From assembly GCA_052246995.1 (NCBI GenBank), contig JBQPWD010000004.1:1-64000 (forward strand): a stretch of 64,000 nt of DNA, written 5' to 3'. Each line of letters opens with the position of its first letter. Positions within the stretch are counted from its first letter, which is position 1. Below are positions 9,741-19,541 of the stretch, one piece after another. This DNA is from Candidatus Bathyarchaeota archaeon. Its GTDB lineage: Archaea > Thermoproteota > Bathyarchaeia > Hecatellales > Hecatellaceae. A program made the translations under genes and the position numbers. The notes below the pieces were generated by a model. It made no database searches and was not told the origin of the DNA. It saw only the letters and a list, made by a program, of their open reading frames with translations.

Positions 9741-11153
9741 ATGAAGAGTACACACTCATTAGATATATTTTTTTACCCAAAAAGTGTAGCTATAGTGGGA
9801 GCTACAAGAAACCCAGCTAAGCCAGCATACTATGTAACAGAAAACCTTGTTAAACTAGGCTTTACGGGAAAAATTTACCCTATAAATCCTAACGCTAGTG
9901 AAATTTTAGGGTTAAAATGCTATCCAAGCTTAAAAGATGTGTCGGATGAGGTAGACCTTGTTATTTCATTGGTTCCAGCGTCAGCAATATTAAAAGTAGT
10001 AGAGGAGTGTTCTGAAAAAGGAGTTAAGGGGATTGTTGTTATTGCAGGAGGTTTTTCTGAAGGAGGAAAAGTTGGAAGAGAGTTAGAAAAGAAAATTAGT
10101 GAAATCTTAAGAAAAACCGGTATGAGACTTCTTGGTCCAAACACGTTAAGCCCCATTAACCCTACAAATAAACTTATAGTTAGCTTTAGGGGTGTAAAAG
10201 AACTTAAAAAAGGTTCTTTAGCTTTTTGTTTTCAATCTGGAATGTATGAACCTAAACTTGGATGGATCTTTGACGGTATTCATCTTGGTGTAAGTAAGAT
10301 TATTGATGTTGGTAATAAGCCGGATATAAATGAGGTTGATGTTTTAGAATATCTAGGCAAGGACGATGAAACAAACGTAATAGCACTTCACATCGAGAAT
10401 ATTAAAGGAAACAGTAAAAGGTTTGTTGAGCTTCTAAAAGAAACTACAAGAAAAAAACCGGTTATAGTTATTAAAGGTGGACGTACAAACATGGGAGCAA
10501 AGGCATCCTTAACACACACAGGATCATTGTCAGAAGGCAACTACACAATTTTTAAAGCTGTATTAAAGCAGACTGGAGCTATCCACGCGCAAACCTTAGA
10601 GGAGTTCTTTGATTTTGCTAAAATTTTCGAGTTTCTTAAACCTCCAAAAGGTAATAGAATTGGAATTATAACTTTAAGTGGGGGTGAAGGAGTTATTGCT
10701 GTAGATTGCTGCGAAGAGAATGGTTTTAAGCTAGCTGAAATTAAAAGTGAAACAATTGAACAGCTAAGAAAAGTTTATCCCCCATGGAACATTCCTTCAA
10801 ACCCATTTGATATGGGTCCATGTATAGAGTTTCATGGAAATGCTAAAGTCTGTAAAGTAGTACTGGGCAGCATATCTAAAGATGAAAATGTTGATTGTAT
10901 GGCCATCCAGCTTCCAGCATTTATTCCTCCACCAGAACTTGAAGAAGTTGTTAAATCATTTTTAAAGCTAAAAGAGCTGGATAAACCTGTTGTTGTTTGG
11001 AGAGCCACAATGGGTAAACAGGAGGATAGAATAGTTGAAGAGTTGGAAAGAAACTATATACCAGTTTACCCGTCTGTTGAAAGAGCTATTAAGGCTTTAG
11101 GAAAACTGTACGAGTATAAGGTTTTTCTCGAAAAACTGAAAGAAAAAACTTAA
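9741..11153 (+). CDS. Acyl-CoA synthetase (NDP-forming) alpha subunit
   Basis: F.PKSVAIVGA, GGFSEGG, LLGPN, QSG, phospho-His motif HTGSL, NPFD. Confidence 0.85.
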   Translation: MKSTHSLDIFFYPKSVAIVGATRNPAKPAYYVTENLVKLGFTGKIYPINPNASEILGLKCYPSLKDVSDEVDLVISLVPASAILKVVEECSEKGVKGIVVIAGGFSEGGKVGRELEKKISEILRKTGMRLLGPNTLSPINPTNKLIVSFRGVKELKKGSLAFCFQSGMYEPKLGWIFDGIHLGVSKIIDVGNKPDINEVDVLEYLGKDDETNVIALHIENIKGNSKRFVELLKETTRKKPVIVIKGGRTNMGAKASLTHTGSLSEGNYTIFKAVLKQTGAIHAQTLEEFFDFAKIFEFLKPPKGNRIGIITLSGGEGVIAVDCCEENGFKLAEIKSETIEQLRKVYPPWNIPSNPFDMGPCIEFHGNAKVCKVVLGSISKDENVDCMAIQLPAFIPPPELEEVVKSFLKLKELDKPVVVWRATMGKQEDRIVEELERNYIPVYPSVERAIKALGKLYEYKVFLEKLKEKT

Positions 11154-11207
11154 AATCACATATTACCTTTGTTGTAACTATAATCAGTAAGTATCTGGGT
11201 TGATGAT

Positions 11208-11552
11208 ATGGTAAAGTTTAAGGTTATTATTTCAAACAAAAATGGTAAAAGTGAAACAATTGAGGTTGAAGGGGTAAAAGCTTATCCATTAATAGGTAAG
11301 AGTATTGGTGATACTGTAGACGGAACAATACTTGGTTTAAAATTTAAAAAACTGTTAATAACTGGCGGGACAGATAAGGATGGTTTCCCTATGAAGCCTG
11401 ATGTACATGGTGGAGTTAAGGCTAAACTTCTTCTAAGCGAGAGTGTTGGTTTCCATCCTAGATTTGAAGGGGAAAGGAGGAAAAAAACTGTTAGAGGAAG
11501 AATCATAACTGATGATATTGTGCAGGTAAACATGAAAGTCTTAGAGGAGTAA
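11208..11552 (+). CDS. rps6e: 30S ribosomal protein S6e
   Basis: ITGGTDKDGFPM.PDVHG...GERRKKTVRG. Confidence 0.97.
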   Translation: MVKFKVIISNKNGKSETIEVEGVKAYPLIGKSIGDTVDGTILGLKFKKLLITGGTDKDGFPMKPDVHGGVKAKLLLSESVGFHPRFEGERRKKTVRGRIITDDIVQVNMKVLEE

Positions 11553-11558
11553 AGTATT

Positions 11559-11864
11559 ATGGTCAAGGTTAATGATATCAATGTTATAAACGATTACAAG
11601 AATGTTTTAATGGGTAGACGAGAAATAACCTTTGAAGTCTTCCATGAAAGATTGTCAACTCCAGAAAGAGAGAAGATTAAGGAGAAGATAGCAACAAAAT
11701 TCGGGGTTAAACCTGAACAGGTTTACATTTTAAGCATGAAAACAAAAACAAATTCATGGATAACTGTGGGCACAGCGCACATATATGAAGAAAGTGCAAA
11801 AGTAATTCTACCAAAACATATCATAAACAAAAATAAGCCAAAGACTTCACAGGAGAAAAAGTGA
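11559..11864 (+). CDS. rps24e: 30S ribosomal protein S24e
   Basis: N.LMGRREI.F...H...STP.R...G.AHIYE. Confidence 0.88.
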   Translation: MVKVNDINVINDYKNVLMGRREITFEVFHERLSTPEREKIKEKIATKFGVKPEQVYILSMKTKTNSWITVGTAHIYEESAKVILPKHIINKNKPKTSQEKK

Positions 11865-11874
11865 AATTTAAGAG

Positions 11875-12072
11875 TTAACGTCTTCTCTTTTCAACATAGT
11901 ACTCTGTATAGCCACAACCACCACAAGCCCATCTTTCAGGGTTTAGATGATGAGCCATTATTTTTTCTCTACATCTAGGACATTTCTTGTTCTTTAGATT
12001 AATTTCACCAGTCTCATAATTATAGGTATATAACTTCCATACACCTTCCTTCTTGCTTTTTCCACTACTCAA
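11875..12072 (-). CDS. rps27ae: 30S ribosomal protein S27ae
   Basis: KNKKCPRC...MAHH...[11 protein letters not shown] zinc ribbon. Confidence 0.93.
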   Translation of the reverse strand: MSSGKSKKEGVWKLYTYNYETGEINLKNKKCPRCREKIMAHHLNPERWACGGCGYTEYYVEKRRR

Positions 12073-12583
12073 AGTTTACACCCATCCTCCTAAATACATT
12101 TTTCACAAAATCTTTCCTTTCCTTGTTAACGCTAACAACCACAACACCCTCATCAGGCTGACCATAGATAACAACAGAATTTTCTTCAGCATAAAATATT
12201 GCTGGAAGAGTTAAAAGATCCTCCTCACCATCAACCTTCAAGGCTGTCGAACCTTCGAGATTTAACATTTCTCTAATGGTATTTAAAGAGTTTTCCGTTA
12301 ACACACCTGGAGGGTTTTTTACAGTAATAAACCTGTCAGCCTTAATTTTAGGTTTCTTTATTTCCGCCCTTTTTGTTTTTTCATCATAAATGTAAAGCTT
12401 AGCAGCAATGTTTAAAACTGCCAAAGTTGAGGAAACCTTATCACCAACAGCAATGACGGTTTTAGGCTTATGAACCCTAAACCACTCCCTAAGCTTAACA
12501 TTAACCTCGTCCTCAGACCCTCTTAAAAGCTCTCCCAAAGGTTTTTTAAGTTCAACTCTTAAGTCTTCTGGAAGAAGCCACAT
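12065..12583 (-). CDS. GTP-dependent dephospho-CoA kinase (DUF359)
   Basis: [35 protein letters not shown]. Confidence 0.92.
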   Translation of the reverse strand: MWLLPEDLRVELKKPLGELLRGSEDEVNVKLREWFRVHKPKTVIAVGDKVSSTLAVLNIAAKLYIYDEKTKRAEIKKPKIKADRFITVKNPPGVLTENSLNTIREMLNLEGSTALKVDGEEDLLTLPAIFYAEENSVVIYGQPDEGVVVVSVNKERKDFVKNVFRRMGVNFE

Positions 12584-12636
12584 AAAGCATTATACACCTC
12601 GGTAAATGGTTAATGTAAATTTTTATAATTTTTAGG

Positions 12637-14163
12637 TTAGATGGCACTTACATACGCTATCGTGTTTATTGCAGCTTCAGCCGCCTTTGATGCAAAATAT
12701 ATGAATGGATGAGGCCAAACACCTATTAAGATACAAAGAAGCATAAGTATAACCATAGGTAAAAGCATTGAAAGCGGAGCCTCTCTAACATTTTCAAATT
12801 CTTTTCTTGGAGCTTGCCACACAAGAATGTAGAGAAGACGTAGATAGTAGGAGAAACCTATTATTATGTTTGCAAGCATTATAGCTGCAAATATAGTTAA
12901 TCCTGCATTTATTGCTGCCAGAAGTATTGCAAGTTCACTAATAAATCCGTTAAGTGGAGGGATACCAGATATTGCTAATGCTCCAACAGTAAGAATTACA
13001 GCTGTAGCATGCATTCTATGCCCAATACCTGTAAGCTCTGTAAGATTTCTTGTTCCAGCAGCATGGATAATAGCTCCAGCTGTAAGAAAGAGAAGAGCCT
13101 TCATTATTGCATGGTTTAAAACGTGAAGTAAACCTGAAGTTAAACCATAAAGTCCGTAGATTCCACCAACAAATCCAACAGAGATAGCTAAAAGTATGTA
13201 GCCTATTTGAGCTATACTGCTGAAAGCTAAAAGCCTTTTAATATCGGTTTGAAGCAAAGCCATAACATTTCCAACAGTCATTGTTAAAGCTGCAAAGATA
13301 GCTAAAATTGTGACTATAATATTCCAGTCTAACGGTGCTGGATGAAGAATGGTAAAAAATACCCTAACCATGGCAAAAATACCTGTCTTGATTACAACAC
13401 CAGAAAGCATTGCGCTTATCGGAGTTGGTGCAGCCGGGTGTGCATCTGGAAGCCATGTATGTAAAGGTACAACTGAAGCTTTTATTCCAAATCCCGTTAG
13501 AAGAAGTCCAAAAACTAGGTAAGTCCAAGCCTTAACAGAACCAGCAGCTTCAGCTTGAGCAAAAACTTTAGCAATGGATGAAAGATTCACCGAACCAGTC
13601 ATACCATAGATAAGAGCCATAGAAAGCAGGATAAGTGCGCTTCCAGCTGAACTCATAATCAAGTATTTAAACCCAGCTTCAACAGGCTCCCAAAGCCCCT
13701 TTCTAAATGCAACAAGAACATAGGAGGTTAAACACATAAGCTCCCAGAAAAGGAAAAGTGTAAAGAAGTCGCCTGAAAATGTTACTCCAACCATGCCTGC
13801 AACCATAGCTAATAATAAGCTGTAATACAGAGAATGACCTGTATCATGCTCCAGGTACCTTATGGAGAATATTGAAGCCATTAAACCAATAAAAATAAAA
13901 ATTGTTGAAATGTAGATGCTAAACATGTCAATCTTTAAACATGAACCTGAAAATGGTGTTAAAGGAGACCAGTAAACTAAAATGTAGTTTTTTGTCAATT
14001 TTAGGTTGTTATAAAGATTGTAGAGCAGATATAATGATGTTAAAAAGCCTACAGACGAAAATACTCCTAAAAACTTGTCAACTCCTCTGCCTTTAGCAAC
14101 AACCCCTACTAAGGGTGAAATTAAAGCAAAAAGTATGAGGCAATCTATAACTGGTGTAAACAT
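12637..14163 (-). CDS. Antiporter-like proton-translocating subunit (MrpD/NuoN/MbhH-like) of the hydrogenase complex
   Basis: Multi-pass membrane protein; FWE, GFKY, GIK..VVPLHTWLPDAHPAAP, DIKRLLAFSSI, HAIMKALLF. Confidence 0.88.
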   Translation of the reverse strand: MFTPVIDCLILFALISPLVGVVAKGRGVDKFLGVFSSVGFLTSLYLLYNLYNNLKLTKNYILVYWSPLTPFSGSCLKIDMFSIYISTIFIFIGLMASIFSIRYLEHDTGHSLYYSLLLAMVAGMVGVTFSGDFFTLFLFWELMCLTSYVLVAFRKGLWEPVEAGFKYLIMSSAGSALILLSMALIYGMTGSVNLSSIAKVFAQAEAAGSVKAWTYLVFGLLLTGFGIKASVVPLHTWLPDAHPAAPTPISAMLSGVVIKTGIFAMVRVFFTILHPAPLDWNIIVTILAIFAALTMTVGNVMALLQTDIKRLLAFSSIAQIGYILLAISVGFVGGIYGLYGLTSGLLHVLNHAIMKALLFLTAGAIIHAAGTRNLTELTGIGHRMHATAVILTVGALAISGIPPLNGFISELAILLAAINAGLTIFAAIMLANIIIGFSYYLRLLYILVWQAPRKEFENVREAPLSMLLPMVILMLLCILIGVWPHPFIYFASKAAEAAINTIAYVSAI

Positions 14164-14166
14164 CTA

Positions 14167-15954
14167 TCACACACCTCCAAGCCAAAATACTAGAACTATA
14201 AACAACAGTAAGCCTCCAATTACACAACTAATGTTGTAGTTCAGTATTCCAGGATGGGTTCGCCTAAACTTTTGAATACCTGCAACAAGCTTATCAACAA
14301 AAACATAGTAGTAGAATCTATCAACATAGTAGCATTCGTAAAGCATTCTTTGAATAATACCTAAAATTCCTTTACCAAACATTAGCGGAGAAGGTTTACC
14401 TTTAACATACACACAATATACTGGAAAGATACCGAGAATCCATGCTAAAACAGATAAGCTAATAATTGTTAAATCAACCTCGCCAAACCCGTCTACACTT
14501 ACACCAAGGAAATGCGCAAAATCATGTTCAAAGAAACCTGTTATAAAACATAAGGCTGCCAATATTAAGAGTGGAATAGTCATAACTTTTGGTTCATGAA
14601 TGTGAAAACGCTTAGCATACTCAGATTTTTCGCCAAAGAATGTTAAAAATACAACTCTAAAAGAGTAGGCAACCGTGATTATTGACGTGAGGTAAAAAAC
14701 TATGGATATCCAAACATTCCCCGTTTCCATCGAAACCTTAAGTATTAACTCTTTAGACCAGAAACCATTAAATGGAAATATACCACTCAAAGCAAGAACA
14801 CCTATAAGACACGTAACAAAGGTTATTGGTGCATCACTCCTAAGACCACCATAATTACGCATATCCCTCATACCCCCAAGTGAATGAATAACAACACCAG
14901 CGCTAAGAAAGAGAAGAGCCTTAAATACTGCATGACTCATTAAATGAAACTGACTTACAAAAACCCCTGCACCAACAGCTAAACCTAATGCAGTCATCAT
15001 GCAACCTAATTGGCTTATAGTTGAATATGCCCATACACGCTTAATGTCAACAGCAACAAGCCCAGCCGTTGCTGAGACAAAAGCAGTTATTGCACCAACC
15101 CAAGTTAAGGTTGTAAGCCAAACTTCGGGTGCAACCATCATGTAAATTATATGAGTTCTAGCCATAAGGTAAACTCCAGCTTTAACCATTGTTGCGGCGT
15201 GGATAAGCGCACTAACCGTTGTTGGACCTTCCATTGCATCTGGAAGCCATGTATGTAAAGGAAGCTGGGCAGATTTTCCTATTGCTCCACCTAAAAGTAA
15301 AAGAGGAATAAAGTTGAAAACTGCTGGAAGCGGTGCTAAAGTTTTAAGTGCTACAGCTAAATCCGAAAAGCTGAAGCTGCCAACATTAAGATAAACCAAA
15401 ACTACTCCAACCAGAAGGAAGGCATCTCCAACCCTTGTAACTATGAAAGCCTTCATACCAGCCTTTCTGGCTTCGGGACGTTCATACCAGAAACCTATTA
15501 AAGCGTAAGAACATAAGCCAACCATCTCCCAGAAAATGTAAAGAAGCAAAAAGTTATCAGCCATCACAAGCCCAACCATTGAACCTATAAAAAGAAGCAT
15601 AAAAAACCAGTATCTAGTCAGACTTTTATCCCCAGCCATGTATCCAAGCGAGAATAGTAAAATTAACGCACCGATCCATGTTACAACGTTACACATAAAA
15701 ACACTAAGGGGGTCGACAAGAACACCCACCTCAATGTTGAAGAGGTTTGGAATAAAAACCCATGTAATTTTAGGGTTAGGATAAGGTGGACCGTGCATTA
15801 CTACAGGAATAAGAGTAGCTGCAATTAAAGCTGTTAAAAAGCCGATAACAACTGCAAAGGCATCTCTAACCTTTGGATGTAAAGACGTCAAAGGAACCAA
15901 AAACGCACATATTAGGGGTAAGCTCCAAACAAGGAAAGATGATTGAGGAAACAT
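14167..15954 (-). CDS. Antiporter-like subunit, NuoL/MrpA-like
   Basis: FWEMVGLCSYALIGFW, KSAQLPLHTWLPDAMEGPTTVSALIHAATMVKAG. Confidence 0.92.
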   Translation of the reverse strand: MFPQSSFLVWSLPLICAFLVPLTSLHPKVRDAFAVVIGFLTALIAATLIPVVMHGPPYPNPKITWVFIPNLFNIEVGVLVDPLSVFMCNVVTWIGALILLFSLGYMAGDKSLTRYWFFMLLFIGSMVGLVMADNFLLLYIFWEMVGLCSYALIGFWYERPEARKAGMKAFIVTRVGDAFLLVGVVLVYLNVGSFSFSDLAVALKTLAPLPAVFNFIPLLLLGGAIGKSAQLPLHTWLPDAMEGPTTVSALIHAATMVKAGVYLMARTHIIYMMVAPEVWLTTLTWVGAITAFVSATAGLVAVDIKRVWAYSTISQLGCMMTALGLAVGAGVFVSQFHLMSHAVFKALLFLSAGVVIHSLGGMRDMRNYGGLRSDAPITFVTCLIGVLALSGIFPFNGFWSKELILKVSMETGNVWISIVFYLTSIITVAYSFRVVFLTFFGEKSEYAKRFHIHEPKVMTIPLLILAALCFITGFFEHDFAHFLGVSVDGFGEVDLTIISLSVLAWILGIFPVYCVYVKGKPSPLMFGKGILGIIQRMLYECYYVDRFYYYVFVDKLVAGIQKFRRTHPGILNYNISCVIGGLLLFIVLVFWLGGV

Positions 15955-16150
15955 TTCGCCACCAACGTTAAGCCTAACTCTTTTGATTTTGTTATCACTA
16001 TAATGCTCCTATTTATAAAATTTTGGGTTAGAGAGTAAAAAAATCCGCTAAAAAATGCAGAAAACGAAGCTTAGAGGAAGGACATACGTCTACAAAAACT
16101 TAAAGACTAAAACCACCTAATAAACTATTAAGTTTAAGATCTTTAGTGGG

Positions 16151-17227
16151 GTGCAAAAATTGGAAAAAAACCCTTACGAAGTACTTGCAGAACGTCTAGG
16201 TTTTCCAGGCTCAGTTTACCTACACCGCATCCTTAAACATTTAATGACTCCAGAACAAGCAAGAATAGCTGTAGAACTTCCTGGAAGCATCGAAGAAATT
16301 TCACAAAAAACAAATATGCCCGCAGACAGGGTTAAAGAAGTGCTTGATAACCTATTCCGTAAGGGCGTTACATTTCCAAAAGATTTTGATAAACGTGACT
16401 ACTTCAGATTTGCTAGAGATATTGTTCAGCTTCATGATGCCACCCTTGCAACAAAGCAACTTGACCCTGAAAAAGATAAAGATTACTTTAAACTTTGGCA
16501 TGAATTTGGAGTTCATGAATCATATAAAAAGCTTGGTGAACTTTTTTCAAGTTTAGGTAAACCCTTCTTTCGCATAATTCCAGCGTACAACGCCATTAAA
16601 GATTTACCTGATGTTTTACCATGTGAAAATATACGTGAACTCTTTAAAGTTCAAGATTCTATCGCTGTTGTTCCATGTTCATGTCGTATGGTTAAAATTG
16701 GAGTTGGAGAAAAATGTAATTATGCAGAAGAGTTAAAACAATGGCATTGCATCCAACTTGGACGTGGAGCAGAATACGCAGTTAAAAGAGGTTCAGGTAT
16801 AAGGCTAAGCTTAGATGAGGCGATCAGAGTTTTAGATAAAGCTGAAAAAGATGGTCTTATCCATACATGGCCTAATACTGCTACAATGAAAGGTGCAGGA
16901 GTTTACACAAACTGTAACTGTTGCGGGGATTGTTGCGAATTTTTCCTGTCTTCAAAAGCAGCAAAAACACCATTAGGTAGCATGGTTGAGAAAAGCAGAT
17001 ACGTAGCTTACACTGACATTGAAAAATGCACTGGCTGCCAGACATGCATAGAACGTTGTTCTTTTGATGCAATAAAACTGGTAAAACCTGAGGAAAGCAA
17101 GAAGTATAAGGCAATAGTTGATGCTGAAAAATGTTTTGGTTGCGGTGTTTGTGTTGTTGGATGTCCTCAACAAGCAATAAAGATGAAGGTTGTACGTCCA
17201 CCTAACCATATACCAGGGATAAGTTAA
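16151..17227 (+). CDS. Cys-rich Fe-S protein with N-terminal HTH-like region and C-terminal 2x[4Fe-4S] ferredoxin domain
   Basis: CSCR, CNCCGDCC, CTGCQTCIERC, CFGCGVCVVGCP. Confidence 0.8.
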   Translation: MQKLEKNPYEVLAERLGFPGSVYLHRILKHLMTPEQARIAVELPGSIEEISQKTNMPADRVKEVLDNLFRKGVTFPKDFDKRDYFRFARDIVQLHDATLATKQLDPEKDKDYFKLWHEFGVHESYKKLGELFSSLGKPFFRIIPAYNAIKDLPDVLPCENIRELFKVQDSIAVVPCSCRMVKIGVGEKCNYAEELKQWHCIQLGRGAEYAVKRGSGIRLSLDEAIRVLDKAEKDGLIHTWPNTATMKGAGVYTNCNCCGDCCEFFLSSKAAKTPLGSMVEKSRYVAYTDIEKCTGCQTCIERCSFDAIKLVKPEESKKYKAIVDAEKCFGCGVCVVGCPQQAIKMKVVRPPNHIPGIS

Positions 17228-17290
17228 AAAAACAAGCCTAAAAAAAATCTACAATTTTTTTCTTTCAAATGTTAAAAGAAAAATTTTTTA

Positions 17291-17602
17291 TTAATATCTT
17301 AACCTTTTAAGTTCACGTACATCAAGAGTTTTATAATGCCTGTATGCTTGAACAGTTATAGCTAAACCTACAGCAGCAACACAACCACCAATACCTATAG
17401 CTAAAATAGCTAAGGATGGAATAACAGGATCAATACCTACAGGTTTACTTATAGCAAAGCTTATAAGTGCAAGGATAGCCCCATTTGTCATTATTTCAAC
17501 ACCAAGAATAAGTTTAATCATATTTTTTTGAGTTGCAAGAGCATAGAGACCTACAGCTACAAGTAAAAAGGCTCCGACCAATCCTACCGTAAAAGCTTCC
17601 AC
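17291..17602 (-). CDS. NuoK/MrpC-like small membrane subunit
   Basis: Three TM helices, KNMIKLILGVEI, YRHYKTLDV. Confidence 0.85.
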   Translation of the reverse strand: MEAFTVGLVGAFLLVAVGLYALATQKNMIKLILGVEIMTNGAILALISFAISKPVGIDPVIPSLAILAIGIGGCVAAVGLAITVQAYRHYKTLDVRELKRLRY

Positions 17603-17859
17603 TACTTCTCACCTTCCAGCCTAAATAAGGCTATACAACCAATACTGGATGAGAAGAAAATAATGCCAAGAATTATAACATCTAAAACTCTTAAACTCCA
17701 AAGAGATGTACTAATAGCTTTGTTGGCTAAAGCATAAACCACAATCATTGCTGGAGGTTGAAGAAATGGAAATACTTTGCTGAAGAACACTGAAAAGAGT
17801 ACTGCTACTAGTACTACGGTTAGAATTCCTCCTGCTAAGGATAACCCGTCCAATTTCAT
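17602..17859 (-). CDS. Small membrane subunit, probably the C-terminal half of a split NuoJ
   Basis: Two TM helices, ISTSLWSLRVLDVII; translationally coupled between NuoJ-N-like and NuoK-like genes. Confidence 0.6.
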   Translation of the reverse strand: MKLDGLSLAGGILTVVLVAVLFSVFFSKVFPFLQPPAMIVVYALANKAISTSLWSLRVLDVIILGIIFFSSSIGCIALFRLEGEK

Positions 17860-18113
17860 CTAGACTTCTTAACCTCCTTTCTGCTTGTTAACATTACAGC
17901 GGCAATAGCAAGGGCAACAACAGCCCCAGCGTAAATTAGGAATTGAAAAACGCCAACGTAAACAACATTAACAGCAAAATAGAAAACCCCTATAAATATA
18001 CACATAAGAGAAAAACAAAGAATAGCATATACTATATCCTCCGCAACAACAGTTAAGATGGCAAAAATAACTGCAAGAAGAATTGGAACAACAACTGTTA
18101 GAAGAAAAGTCAT
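17856..18113 (-). CDS. NuoJ N-terminal / MbhD-like membrane subunit
   Basis: D.VYAIL...YVGVFQFLIYAGAV. Confidence 0.8.
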   Translation of the reverse strand: MTFLLTVVVPILLAVIFAILTVVAEDIVYAILCFSLMCIFIGVFYFAVNVVYVGVFQFLIYAGAVVALAIAAVMLTSRKEVKKSR

Positions 18114-18189
18114 ACCACATTACCATGAAGTTTTCCTACAATACTTTAAATCCAGAGGTAAGCCAGTATAAAACATTTTTGTTTCAAAC

Positions 18190-18540
18190 CTATAGTTTTT
18201 TAACCTTCTCACGCTTAAACTCTACAACTATTGGTTTATAATCTGCAAGCTCATATTCGTTTGTCATTTTTAAAGCATTTTTTGGGCAAGTTGAGACACA
18301 TTGAGAACAAAATAGACATCTTGCAACATGATACTTAAATTCTGCAGTAGAGCCCTTTCCAACCATTTCAAGAGCAAACGCTGGACAAACCGTAACACAT
18401 AAACCACAGCCAACACATTTATCAGCATCCCAGCTAAGTTTACCTCTAAAACCTTCAGGAGGAGGTACCTTTTCAAACGGATACTTTAAAGTTATAGGTT
18501 TCTTAAACAAATGTTTTGCAAGCTCAGGCTCCATAGCCAT
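18190..18540 (-). CDS. NuoI/EchF-like 2x[4Fe-4S] subunit
   Basis: T.KYP...FRG, CVGCGLCVTVCP, CLFCSQCVSTCP. Confidence 0.9.
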   Translation of the reverse strand: MAMEPELAKHLFKKPITLKYPFEKVPPPEGFRGKLSWDADKCVGCGLCVTVCPAFALEMVGKGSTAEFKYHVARCLFCSQCVSTCPKNALKMTNEYELADYKPIVVEFKREKVKKL

Positions 18541-18542
18541 TT

Positions 18543-19541
18543 TTAGATAACACCTCCCACAAGCAATGCTTGGATAAGTATAACTTCAAGAAGGGAAATT
18601 ATAGCAAGATTTTTCCACGAAAAATGAACCATCTGGTCTATTCTTAATCTTGCAAACAATGTTCTAATGTTAGAAAAAATCAGCAAGACTATTGTTGCTT
18701 TAATGATAAACCAAACAAAGTATGAAACCTGAATTGGAAGGTAAGGTATAACCGGTCCATAAGGCCCTCCAAGAAAAAGCGCTGCAAGTAAGGCTGAAGC
18801 TAATGCAAGTTCAACATCTATTGAAAGCCTAATTAAGGCAAGCCTACGCCCACTAAACTCTGTAAGCCACCCTGCAACAATCTCCTGCTCAGCTTCAGGG
18901 ATGTCAAAAGGTATTCTTTCAAGCTCAGCTTGGAAGCATACTATCGACACCGCTAAAGCTGGAAGCAAGGCTATGGCTACAATAATGTTTGAACCTACAT
19001 ACTGAGCTATAATGCTAATATTTAGGCTTCCAGCCGCCATAGCAGCGGAAACTAGACAGATTGCTAAAGGAATCTCGTATCCAAGCAACTGGAATGCAAG
19101 CCTAACCCCTCCAACAGCTCCAAAAACATTTGTTGAACCCCAAGCCCCAAGAAACTTTACTACGGCCACCATTGTCAACAAAAAGATCACTAAAATTAAG
19201 TCTCCGTCAAAAGATGCTAAAGCCACATTTCTTAAAAGCGGAACTGTAGGTATAAAAAAGAAGGCTGCTAAAGATAGAGTTAAAAGGAATATTGGTGTTA
19301 AAGTGAAAAGTAGACGGTCTGACGCAGCTGGAACTATATCCTCCTTAACCATCAGCTTTATAAAGTCTGCTAAGGGTTGCCAGAACCCTTTAGCACCAAC
19401 ATGAAGAGGACCATACCTATTTTGAAGCTTAGCATAAAATTTTCTATCTATCCACTCGTAAGTTAAAGACAACCAAAATATGAAAAAAATTCCTGGAAAT
19501 ACAAGCAGTTCAATTATACCAATTAAATTCGTCCATACCAT
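18543..19541 (-). CDS. NuoH/EchB-like membrane subunit
   Basis: RKFYAKLQNRYGP, QPLADFIKL..KE, ERIPFDIPEAEQEIVAG..TEFSG, RLRIDQ. Confidence 0.92.
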   Translation of the reverse strand: MVWTNLIGIIELLVFPGIFFIFWLSLTYEWIDRKFYAKLQNRYGPLHVGAKGFWQPLADFIKLMVKEDIVPAASDRLLFTLTPIFLLTLSLAAFFFIPTVPLLRNVALASFDGDLILVIFLLTMVAVVKFLGAWGSTNVFGAVGGVRLAFQLLGYEIPLAICLVSAAMAAGSLNISIIAQYVGSNIIVAIALLPALAVSIVCFQAELERIPFDIPEAEQEIVAGWLTEFSGRRLALIRLSIDVELALASALLAALFLGGPYGPVIPYLPIQVSYFVWFIIKATIVLLIFSNIRTLFARLRIDQMVHFSWKNLAIISLLEVILIQALLVGGVI

